This document shows, piece after piece, positions 24,305 through 35,449 of a DNA stretch of 64,000 nt. Where the stretch lies: NCBI RefSeq assembly GCF_006345805.1, contig NC_043000.1, positions 94,736,001 to 94,800,000 on the forward strand, in the 5' to 3' direction. Within the stretch, counting starts at the first letter, position 1; every line of letters begins with the position of its first letter. The translations under genes and the position numbers were made by a program. This stretch comes from Octopus sinensis. Lineage: Eukaryota. The notes beneath the pieces were generated by a model. That model did no database searches and was not told the DNA's origin. It worked only from the letters and a program-made list of their open reading frames with translations.

Positions 24305-24992
24305 AAGAATAAAAAATGCACACACTTTACATACTTTTTATATATTTTTAATGTATCTTATCTGTGAAAGAGTACTGTGTTTGTCGACCGGTTTCGCTTT
24401 CGCTGATCATGATATTGAAACTATTATAATTTCGTATTTTCTTAAGAAGATTTTAGTCCAAGTGTGTGGAGAAGTTTGTGAATGAATGATTCAACACGTA
24501 AAAAAATTAAAGGAAGATAATTGGTGGTAGTTATTATTGGATACAGGGGAGGTAATTGCTCATCTTCGGGGAGGGGATAAATAAATATATATGCACAAAA
24601 ACTAAAAGCTAAAGTAATGAGATGAAATATGTACAGTGATGGTTATGTGATTATGAATGAAAAAATATTCTGAGAGGGATGCTGGTTATGGGTTCATTTT
24701 TAGGCGTGTCCTGTATTTTTCTTTTCTAAATAAAATTTTCTTTTTTTAAAAGTTCTTCCCCGAAAGATGACCAATTACTGCCCCTTAGATGTTTTTTACT
24801 TGTTGAATAATTCCTTCCCAAACTTCTCCACATGCTTGAACTAAAGTCTTCTTAAGGAAATACGAAATTCCAAAAATTTCAATATCATGATTAGCGAAAG
24901 CGATACCGGGCGACAAACACAGTACACCTTCACTGATAATATGCATTAAAAAATATATAAAAACTATGTAAACAGTGTGCATTTTCATTCTT
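24305..24992. repeat. long imperfect inverted repeat (fold-back element)
   Basis: ~24305-24580 aligns with the reverse complement of ~24750-24992 (e.g. GTACTGTGTTTGTCG, ATCATGATATTGAAA, TAAGAAGA.TTTAGT.CAAG..TGTGGAGAAGTTTG). ORFs 24270+ and 24785- are mutual homologues. Confidence 0.85.
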
Positions 24993-24995
24993 ATG

Positions 24996-26158
24996 ATCAA
25001 ATTCTGGCTTCAGAGAATTAACGCTGGAAGACAACATGAGTAGCAGCAGGATTGTCTTAGTTAGTTAGTTAGTTAATTTGGCTCAAAAGCAAATAGCAAG
25101 GCCATGTAGGGGGACATGGAGTTAAGTACAGGGTGGTGTTCATGTAAAGAGTTCAGGCCACTTGAGGTCCAGGGAGGCTTTGAACAAAGCGGTCGTCGGC
25201 ATCTTCCCCATCTCATCTGGCAGCTTGTTCCATGGATCCGCAACCCGGACGGAGAAAGCTCCTCTCCTTCGATTGAGATGAAATCGTCGCAGGTAGAGCT
25301 TTTCGGAATGACCCCGCAGCCGACGCTCCGGAGCAGGAGTGAAGAACAGCTCTTTCGAGAGGTTACACTTCCCGCTTATGATGTTGTGGGCGAGAATGAG
25401 ATCACCACGGCGGCGGCGTTTTTCAAGAGAATAAAGGTCGAGCGTCCTCAGCCTTTCTTCGTAGGACAAATTTTTGAGACCATGAACCAGGCGGGTAGCC
25501 AGCCTCTGGACTCTTTCGAGATGCTGTATGTCTTTGAGGAGATAAGGAGAAGAGGCTTGAATCCCATACTCCAATATGGGTCTCACCAGCGTGACATAGA
25601 GTGGCAGGAATATGGCTGCTGTGAGCACTCCGAATGACCGTCGAATCAAAAACAGAATTCCGCGCGCTTTGTTGGCAGCATGGACGCACTGGGCCGAAGG
25701 CGAAAAGGAGGAATCCACCAAGATACCCAGGTCCTTGCCATACCCCAGGAAACATTCAAACATAATCGTCGAAGACTAGTTACGTCTTCACCAACCTCAA
25801 TTTCTGGCTTCCTAATTCCTCCGATTGCATTCCCATTGAATATTATATGTGGGGCACGGTTCAGAAAGCCACCAAACGTTCTATCTGAATCACCAAGGCC
25901 GAGGTCGTGATCAAGATCAAGGACGTGTTCGTAGATCTTCGCAGAGACACAGTGACTATTGCTTGCGCCATCTTTCGGGGTCCTCACCAGGCCATGGGGT
26001 AAGCTGAGGGCGACTACTCGAGTGATTTGTTAATCTCCCTATTATAATCTAGTTGATATTTTTTGAAGTTTTAATATACATATTTTAAAATTTTGGGGAT
26101 CGGATTACGTTTTCTTTTCCTTTCATGGAAACTGTCAAATTTTCCCAAGCATTACTAT
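24996..26158 (+). mobile_element. DD37D/maT transposase relic interrupted by a CR1
   Basis: Left piece WLQRINAGRQHE*QQDC (to 25056). Right piece from 25733: PCHTPGNIQT*SSKTSYVFTNLNFWLPNSSDCIPIEYYMWG...AEGDY. A TIR-like end ACTGTCAAATTTTCCCAAGCATTAC-TA lies at ~26130-26157. Confidence 0.8.
25057..25736 (-). mobile_element. CR1 LINE, 5'-truncated, with (CTAA)n tail
   Basis: KDLGILVDSSFSPSAQC...LVRPILEYGIQASSPYLLKDIQHLERVQRLATRLV...YSLEKRRRRGDLI...WNKLP; the tail appears as TTAGTTAGTTAG at 25057-25074. Confidence 0.92.
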
Positions 26159-26796
26159 ATTGTGTGTTTGTCTGTATGTATATGCGTCAAAACAAATATA
26201 TAAGTATATATATATACGTGTGTATGTGTATGTGTCTGTAAGTATATAGATACTTGTACACACACATATATACACACACATAATTATATTTCTCGAAACC
26301 TAGAAAAATATTTGAAATCAATTTTTGTATTACTACGACATGATCAATTCAGCTCCTAACGGTGTTTGATGACATCTCTATTACAGAATATAGGTACGCA
26401 ACTAACAATTCTGAGGTGTCTACCATTAAGTGAGTGGCATTTAACTATGTATGACAGCTCGGACAGGTATAGAATATACACCGTTAGATCATATATTTCT
26501 GATACATTTTGACACTCCAAATAGCGATAACGTATGATGACATTTCGGTGCTGCATTAACATATAAGTTCGCCATGGGCACGTACAAACTTCCATAGATT
26601 AGCATCTTGCTCAAGGTATGAATTACCTGCTGAGCGCTGAACGCTTCCAATAATTAGATAACCTTCTGAAAAAATATATTCCTGTGATAAGTGGGAGAGA
26701 TTAAGTGAATATACGTATTCAATCAAGAACTCAAACATACACACACATACAACACACAGTAGATATATGTTTATATATATATATATATATATATAT

Positions 26797-26837
<41 letters not shown>

Positions 26838-26855
26838 GAATATAACATGTATATA

Positions 26856-26900
<45 letters not shown>

Positions 26901-27289
26901 TATTTATACATATAATATGAATATAACATGTATACATACATGTTTGTGTACGTGTGTGTGTGTGTTGGCATGAGTAGTGACAGAAAAGGATATCGGCTAG
27001 GACTTGGTGTTCTTCTATTTCATCTGTTACATATATTTCAGTATTCAGTTTGTAATGTTTGGATGCACTTCATAAGTCTGAGGAAAAGTCCGGCTTAACT
27101 GTGTATGCCTCACTTATAAGTTACATCTATCGATTGCATTTATACTGTAGCATCATGTGTTACCGAGTACTGAAACATATGTAACATGTAATAAAGGAAT
27201 AACAAGTTCAAACTCATGTATGTTCGTTTTTATTATTAATGTTCTCTTTATATTATGCTATAGCTATCTTCAGCTGCATAGAATATAGA

Positions 27290-27301
27290 CAGATAGGTAG
27301 G

Positions 27302-27372
<71 letters not shown>
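27290..27372. repeat. (GATA)n microsatellite
   Basis: Direct simple repeat. Confidence 0.95.
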
Positions 27373-27373
<1 letters not shown>

Positions 27374-28220
27374 AATGTATGTGTAACCTTTGTACTTACT
27401 CCTTTTTGTTTCTCCCTCTTGAATTCCTAGCCTTTCTACTTTCTCTTCATCTCTTTCCTTTTTTTCCGTCGCGCTCTCTTGTTGTCTTTCTCCTCTGTCT
27501 ACTGCTGTCACGTGAACCGTGGTTTGTTCCCCTCTTTCTTCCTTTCTTACACTGGTCCCGTGGCTAACCAGTCTCAAATTCTGTCTTTCCGTTTTCCATT
27601 CTTCAAGATATTTTATAAGCGTTAACCATTATTCTCGTCTTCTTGACCCCAAGGCCGTATTTTGTTCGACTGTTCGTCGTCGTTCCACCGTCCTAAATCA
27701 CATTCTGTGTCATTTTGCTTGCGTTTTTTTTTCTTATTTGCTTTGATCGCTCTCGCCCCCAGTTCTCCGCAAGAAAACTTTCTTTGCGGGTACCGTCAAC
27801 TGTGCAGTGCTCAATCTCATTGTTAAAGATGTGCAACAGAATATTATTACCAGTTGGTCGATAACTGATGAAGAATTACGGACCTTGTGTTTGTTGCCCG
27901 TTAGTTTCTACATTCAGCATATGTCGTTTGTTATTTCCCATACATTTTTTATAAACACACATACACACAAACATACAAGGCAAAGCAGGAATAATGGTCA
28001 TTACATATTTTACTTTCATGTAGTATTTTTCACTTACAGCTGCTTCCAGTATTCGTTATAGCTTCGTTATTCATAAGTTCACTCAATTGGCCATTTGATC
28101 AACTGAAAAAAATTGAACGACCTAGAGAATAATGCTACTTTCGTCGGTGTCATTTCTGGTTATGTACATGCACCACACATACACACACAGACACACACAC
28201 ACGTATATGTATATATATAT

Positions 28221-28317
<97 letters not shown>

Positions 28318-28794
28318 ATTACATAATAATACGATGATGATGAAGTAGCATTGGAATTAACTTTAATTCATTTATATGCATATATATATATGCGCGTGCA
28401 TGTGTGTGTGTGTGTGTGTATGTATACATATGTGAGAAATTCTGTCTGTGGGTGTGTTTGTGGAGTTGTTATCTAACTCCTCCTACATCGTTCTATCGAT
28501 TTTGATGAAACTTGACACGTGAGTAGAACTCATGTCTGGAAACCCTATGGCATACCCAGATAGTTGACAACATCAATAATAGGGCTCCTGGAAGGGATTC
28601 TTATATATATCTAATATATTTCATTTTAAGAGCCAAGGTATATAACCCATTCATTTTCCTAAATCATTTGGTATAAATCAAATACAATATGCTTATTTCT
28701 TAGTATTTGAACTGAAGAAGGGAAATATTCTTCATGCTGGATGTCTCGTTTCTCATTGTGTTCAACGTTGCTTGATGTCCTGTACCCATATTTG

Positions 28795-28856
28795 CATGTA
28801 TATATACATATATATGTAGGTATGTACATATATGTATGTATATATGCATATATATA

Positions 28857-28921
<65 letters not shown>

Positions 28922-28927
28922 ATATAT

Positions 28928-29001
<74 letters not shown>

Positions 29002-29012
29002 TATATATATAT
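28795..29012. repeat. (TA)n microsatellite
   Basis: Direct simple repeat. Confidence 0.95.
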
Positions 29013-29185
29013 ACAGAGAGAGTAATTCATGCATTTGATTTGCAAGATTCCTGATGTGAAATCGTGTGCTGTAACAGATATTGTTATATTTCGGGACGGT
29101 CATTTTTTTTCTTGCCAAATAAACACGCGCACTATATATTCCTTTTTCCCTTAAGATTTATTATTGTTCTTGTTTTATGTCCTTT

Positions 29186-29230
29186 GTCTGTAAATCTTTC
29201 GTCACACATCGTGTGACCTCTTCAGCGGCT
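29186..29230 (-). ncRNA. minimal type I hammerhead ribozyme motif (Penelope-like-element type)
   Basis: Minus strand: CUGAAGA-G-GUCACAC-GAU-GUGUGAC-GAAA-GAUUUA. The core is intact, helix II is a perfect 7 bp, helix III is near-palindromic (AGAUUU) with a UUA cleavage triplet, and helix I is poorly paired. Confidence 0.6.
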
Positions 29231-32200
29231 CCCCAGCCCCACGTTCCTGCAATCTTCTTTTAATCCATTCTGTCTTTCTATGGTGTGTATTCATATCTGC
29301 ACATGTTTATGCGTCTGTGCATGTGTGTGTTTTGGCTTGCTTGTGTGTTCGCGCTGAATGTGTTTTGTATGTATGTTTTATGGGAATCTGCTTTTTAGGG
29401 TGTTGGCCTTGTGCCAAAATTTGAAATTGATATTAGTTTCATTCTCAACATTATAGGTAATATACCTATATTTATCCTTTTTGTCGTCTGCACAATGATT
29501 TTCTCTTCGGTTTTAAACGTTAGGTGTACTAGTCTTGCACTTCTCAGGAAATTACAATTCTTTGAGAAGTTTACTAGCAATGTAGGATATTGCTATCATC
29601 ATTTTTTAGCACAGTATGTTGTACGTTTTTGAGCTCTGTATTCTTGTATGTTTAATTAATGCCCATCTTATTGCTTCGTTATGGAAAGCGACGTTTTTAT
29701 TTCCCTGACGACTCCATAATTGAAACATGTCAAGTTTTGGCTCTCTTACTTGCAGAAATAGTTATAACGAGTATTCTTTTTTCTCTTTATCCATTTCATA
29801 ATTTCCAATAATCATTTTAATGATTAAATATGTTAATTAAATTTGTTAACGCTAACTCATCTATATAATATCAGTTCAATAGCCAAACTAGTGACGGTTT
29901 CTATACCGTTCATCGGGGTATATTTTGTACATGTGAAAGATACCTACTCCGCACTGAATTCATCCAAATGTAAAAAGGTTTGACATATTACTATTGCTAC
30001 TTATGCTCTGAATAAACACTACATAATTGGCAAGTATCTATAGGACTGTGAAAGGTAAAGAGAAGCAACACCAAAATAAATTTTAGATCAGAATCATAAT
30101 TATCAAGCTTATTCTTTCCATTGCTATTGGAGTCGAAATCCTAGATGATTACGTACTCTGTGTAGCGGCTTTAGGGACAAATCCACCATCTTTAAACATG
30201 CTATATAAAGTCCTTCTCTACCACGAAGCTATGTTACTAATTGATTTGACGGTGCTCGGTATTGGTAACTTGCAACATAGATTTTTATCCGCTTTCGAAT
30301 TCTGTTTTGTCAACTTTAACATATTGTATAATAATCTTCTTGATTGCTATCAACAGCAAACGCTTATCTTTTGTGGATGTAATAAAATTGTTTCATTTTT
30401 CTATTGTGGATGCTTTCGTCAAAACGAATTTACGTGTTTTCTCGTTCTTTATATATATTTCTTAATTAGCATACGACAATAAATGCCTTAATAACTTCTT
30501 CCAAGAGCGTTATGGAGAGTTCAGTTGGCAAGATTGATTGTATGTCAGGCAGTTGGATGAATGGCGTTTACTTCACATGTTATAACATTACATTCAAGCC
30601 ATTCTATGTATTGAAATCAATCACAATTTTGCGACCATGGTATTAACTGGCTTTTATTGGCCTTCATATTCTTTCTGTTTCCGAAGTTGGATAATTTCCC
30701 AAACATTGGGGCTTCCACTGCTGGCGGCAAATGAAAAATGTTCTTTCTTCTAATAACATAAACTTATCTCCAAAAAGAAGACAATGAAAATCGTTCCATT
30801 GACCATCCTGAGAATAAATGTACTTTTCTCTTTTAATAAACCCTTACCTTGTTATTTACTTCCAGATCAATCCTGAATAAGTAAATCTACGATCAAATTA
30901 ATTCCAACCGTAGCCATATTATTTTTCTAAGTCAATGATTACATAAGTTAATATGCCTTTCCTGTTTTTAAGATTATCGCGTGTAATATAAGGGGAGTTG
31001 GCTCCGATTCAGCTCGTGATCGACGGTGTACAAAAGGCTATTTCTTATTAAATTCATTTTGCACAACAATCTACTAACAGATTCTCAACTGTAATGGAGT
31101 TTAGAAAATTCTTCTCTAAACAAGTACTGGCACCTATCTATAAATCCTATCATCTATGAGCAATCGGAATATGATTAAATACGTTCTAACTGTTACTAGT
31201 CAGTTTCTTTCTATATTAGGGGCTACATTATTGAATGTAGCGTTGCTATTAAGACAACAGTGTGTGATTAAATGGATTTGGTATCTGTTTCTATTAGGCC
31301 GAACGTCAGCGTAGAGGCTTCCTTGTTAGCTCGATACACGTTCCTGAGGAAATTATATATATAATCGACCAAACGGATGCCAAACGTAATATTTTATATT
31401 CACCGGACAGCTGAGAGGGGACACAGGCCGTAGCTTTATTTGAAATTAGAATGCAGATAAATGAAACGAAATACCGTGTGATATTTTGCGATGCGCGCTA
31501 TCGCTGCAGCTTTATGGGAGCCACTTTATAGCTTGAACATTATTCCTTTAATTCACACAAATAAATCCAATCGGCCGCTAGATATATCTGGTACATATTT
31601 AAAGGCTCGGAAGGATGAAGATTAAAGCCACCTCTAGTCGAATCGTGGTGTGCAAAAGTGTACTGCTAACGTGTACAAATTATATAGTATAACACTGCCT
31701 GTCGAGTGTTTTTTTTTTATTTACATTTCTTTAAATAAAATAAAGATTACTAAGTAAGGCGCAAAACTATAAAGTCTGGAAGAATATGTAATCAATTAAG
31801 CCGACTGTCGTATATGATAGATACATATGTTATCGCATCCTTCTATATATGCATTTGAGAGATAGATATTTGATCAACCTCTGAAAGTATAAAAGATATG
31901 CTTGATCACATTGTGGAGGTTGATTTGTGCATAAGATAATTAATGAAAATTAAAATTGATGCTAATTATAATCCAAAGAATATGAAAGAGTGATCAAATT
32001 CATCAATTGCACTAAAATAGAATTCTAAACAAGTACATTTTTATGTAATATAAGAACCAAATATATATTAATTACGTGGATCTATAGAACCAAGGTTTAT
32101 CAGTAGACGGAGGTTAAATCATTCCTGCACAGAACATTGTTCATTTGAAACTGGATTTCTTTGCCGGAGGAATTCAAATTAGTATACCTTGTCTGTAAAT

Positions 32201-33729
32201 ACTCATCAAATTTACAGTGTTGCAGCTGCTGGAAATTGTGTATCAAACATAATATATTTTGTTTAAAAACATTGTGACACATGACTAAGAGAAAATTACT
32301 TCTATACACTGGGCGTCTTTTGTAATGAAAAACAAATATTTCTTTAAAACTTTAAACCATGCGAATAATACGAATTAGCCAGTAATTCTCTTGAGTGATT
32401 CTTTTTTACTCAATGAGATCTGAAGAGTGTATGGCCAATATTATTCTTAGAGTCTTATTTTTTCAATAAATCATTCCACATTCATGAACTATGGTCATGC
32501 TTTTTTTTATATGGACACGAGGCAATTTTTCTCAAAGATGGAGTATAATTTATATATTATTGTTATAGAGTAGTTAATTATTCTATGTAGACAAGGGGAA
32601 GAAAATCGAAGTTTATGGTTGTTAAGAAAGTGAAATATGATCATAACACCAACGTACATCAGTTTATGATTAAATGGTTTCAGACCTATCTTTGCAAATT
32701 TTCCGAGTTTAACACTTGAAAAAAACCACAATGCAAAGATAAGACACAACTTCATAAAGAAAAATTCAAATTATTAAAAACATAATACATATAACAATAT
32801 GTGAGCTTTTCTTAACATATATATTTGGAAATGCATGAGGCTGTCGGATTTTTTCCGGGGAAAAAATCTCTTCATAGACATGCTGTGTTCAAAATACAAT
32901 TTTTGTCGGAGCGGAGCGAAAGTGGCCCCAGCTGCAACTCACGAGAATGTTAGTTGTATTTCGACCTTTTGTAATTTATCAACAGCATGCGCTTTCTTAT
33001 TCTGAGCAAGAATGTTCCAGTGCTAATGTAAATGTCTTAAGGTATTCTATTCAACCGTAGAATTTCTTTATACCTTAGCCGATATATGTAGCACATTTCC
33101 AGGAATCTAATATATATAGTCTTACCGAAGTAAATATTGCGCAAGCATAAAGGAAATAATTTTCTGAGTAACGCTTTTTTTCGAAAATCAGTGATTATGA
33201 AAATTAATGCATGTTTAAAACAATTGTAACATGAAGAATCAAGTCTAACATTCAAAAATAAAATCCTAAATACATGCATATATTTTTATATCGAGCAGAT
33301 CGTGTTTCTTATAATCTCCAGAATATGTGAAATCACCAGAGACTAAAGAGACAAAGACATAATCGTATGAACAGTATACTGATTATACAAAAATCGGTAA
33401 AGTAGAAAAGGAAAACTAGAAAGCTACAAATGCAACCAAAATGGCGACAAACTCTAGTATACATGTCTAAATATATACAAATATGTACATACCTAATTGA
33501 ATATGTGTAGCTAGTGTCTGTTTTCGTGCCCACGCATGTTTTTTTTCTTCTCGTAATTTTGAAGCTTCAGTATATTTTTATTGCTGCAATGAATATATAT
33601 TCATATTTATTGCATTTCATTTATAAGCGTGGGTGTTTTGTCCACTTTGACACTTTAACTATGGGGATGATAATGAAGATGGTATGACCAGAGCTAAAGT
33701 GCTGAAATTTTCAAAGAATTGACACCTTT

Positions 33730-33730
<1 letters not shown>

Positions 33731-33788
<58 letters not shown>

Positions 33789-33919
33789 TTATTTTTCTGT
33801 CTTTTTAATTGGCCGGAAATTGTCCTGTGGCGAGAATGGTCAACGTTCTAGACAATAGCGACCACCACACCATATTTATTTATTTTTTGTCTGTTCTACA
33901 CAATTAAACACACTCAATA

Positions 33920-34003
<84 letters not shown>

Positions 34004-34275
34004 ATGACTGCCAAAGTAAAATAAAAATCACTCTGTGGTCATTACATACAACTAAAATATCTTCAAGGCGGTGTCCCAGCATGGCCACATTCTAATGACT
34101 GAAGCAAGTAAAAGGTGAGAAGAAAGAAAAGATAAAACAAAATTATAAGACTGGGTGTTTCGTCCGCTTCTACCAGCAGAGTGTAACTCTAAAGAAATGG
34201 CACCGGTATTTTTTTTATTTGTCTGTGTCTCTCTTTCTCTCTTTCTCTCTCTTTCTCTCTCTCTCTCTCTTTCTC

Positions 34276-34323
<48 letters not shown>
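33731..34323. repeat. three (CT)n arrays with an intervening SINE A 3' end (~34060-34140)
   Basis: Simple repeats plus AAGGCGGTGTCCCAGCATGGCCACA...GACTGAAGCAAGTAAAAG. Confidence 0.85.
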
Positions 34324-34325
<2 letters not shown>

Positions 34326-34386
34326 AAAGAACACACACACACATATATGTATATTCATTCATGTTTCAGATATTCCTATTTTCTTG

Positions 34387-34623
34387 ACTTTATTTCACAT
34401 TGCTCCAGTTCACTCATCTGCAAACATGAGTTGCGACGTCACTGGTGCCAAGCTGTGACCACTTTTGCCTTTCCCTCTTGGATGACATCAGTGGCGTAGA
34501 GAGGGGAGGGAAGTATGCATGGCGACTCCTAGTCTTCCATAAAACAACCTCGCACGGACTTGTATCTTGGAGGGTGACTTTCAGGTGAAATGTCGTGGTC
34601 ATTCGTGACCGAAGGGGGTCTCG
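34387..34623 (+). mobile_element. SINE family C, 5'-truncated
   Basis: ACTTTATTTCACATTGCTCCAGTTCACTC...GACCGAAGGGGGTCTC matches the reverse complement of 41266-41480. Confidence 0.8.
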
Positions 34624-34927
34624 CATATATATATATATATATATATATTATATTATATATATATATATAGAATAGTATGTGTGTGGCATGTGTGTGTGTG
34701 TGTGTGTTGGACGTTGTCAGAAATTTCATTCTTTAATATGGTTCAGTGCGTAGTGTTCTTACGTTTATATCCAAATGCAAATGCGAAAACAACAATTATT
34801 TCATTATTGTGTAGACCAAAGGATTATTCTCAGTTACTTTTTTCAACGGAATACTTTTTCAAGTACTCATGAATTCTTCCCTATGTATGTATCTTGAAAC
34901 ATATATATATATATAGAGAGGAGAGAG

Positions 34928-34975
<48 letters not shown>

Positions 34976-34976
34976 T

Positions 34977-35064
<88 letters not shown>
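34928..35064. repeat. (GATA)n array at the 3' end of the Tx1 element
   Basis: Direct simple repeat abutting the element terminus. Confidence 0.95.
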
Positions 35065-35449
35065 TGTTTCTTTATTAGCCACACAGGGCTGCACACAGAT
35101 AGAACAAATTACAAGGTAGAGCTTTTCTTTTGAAGGTTTAAAAAAAAAAAAAAAAAAAAGGAGGGGGAGTTTCGATCAAACGGATCGTAAAAGGAGAGAA
35201 AGAGGACCAAAAAAAAGGGGGGGTTAAAAAAAAAAAAAAGGGGGGAGAGGAAAAAAAATTGATCAATAGGGATCGTTATCACAGAAATGTCAATATGAAG
35301 TGTAAAGGGAGGGCAGGTGAGGTTTACCCGTGGAAAGAAAAGCCTACGGAAAAGACCACGGTAACCTCGGTCAATGAAGTCACATTTTATATTTCTTTTT
35401 TTTTTTTTTTTTTTGCAAATAAGCAACTCTCTGTTTTCGATTTCTGGGT

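Noticed and set aside
25646-25987. 113-aa minus-strand ORF that looks like an enzyme fragment (HDLGLGDSDR...)
   Set aside because: It is the antisense of the DD37D transposase relic fused to the CR1 5' end.
28440-28700. CGATTTTGATGAAACTTGACAC segment reminiscent of Helentron-derived non-autonomous repeats
   Set aside because: No subterminal inverted repeats or 3' stem-loop could be defined, and only one copy is in the window.
29705-29731. CUGACGA...GAAACAUGUC hammerhead-like words
   Set aside because: Core words and a palindromic helix III are present, but neither helix I nor helix II can pair; it may be chance or too decayed to support.
30200-30800. Weak YRAPS (APE-like) and SPNVWEII (MULE-like) peptides on the minus strand
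   Set aside because: Isolated short motifs amid stops with no supporting neighbouring motifs.
33437-33830. YY1-like CAAAATGGCG and ATTGGCCGGAA (CCAAT/ETS-like) words suggesting a promoter
   Set aside because: Short motifs expected by chance, with no CpG-rich context or downstream exon identified.
35140-35420. Alternating poly-A/poly-G runs
   Set aside because: This is the pyrimidine-rich 3' UTR of the Tx1 element read on the opposite strand, not an independent feature.
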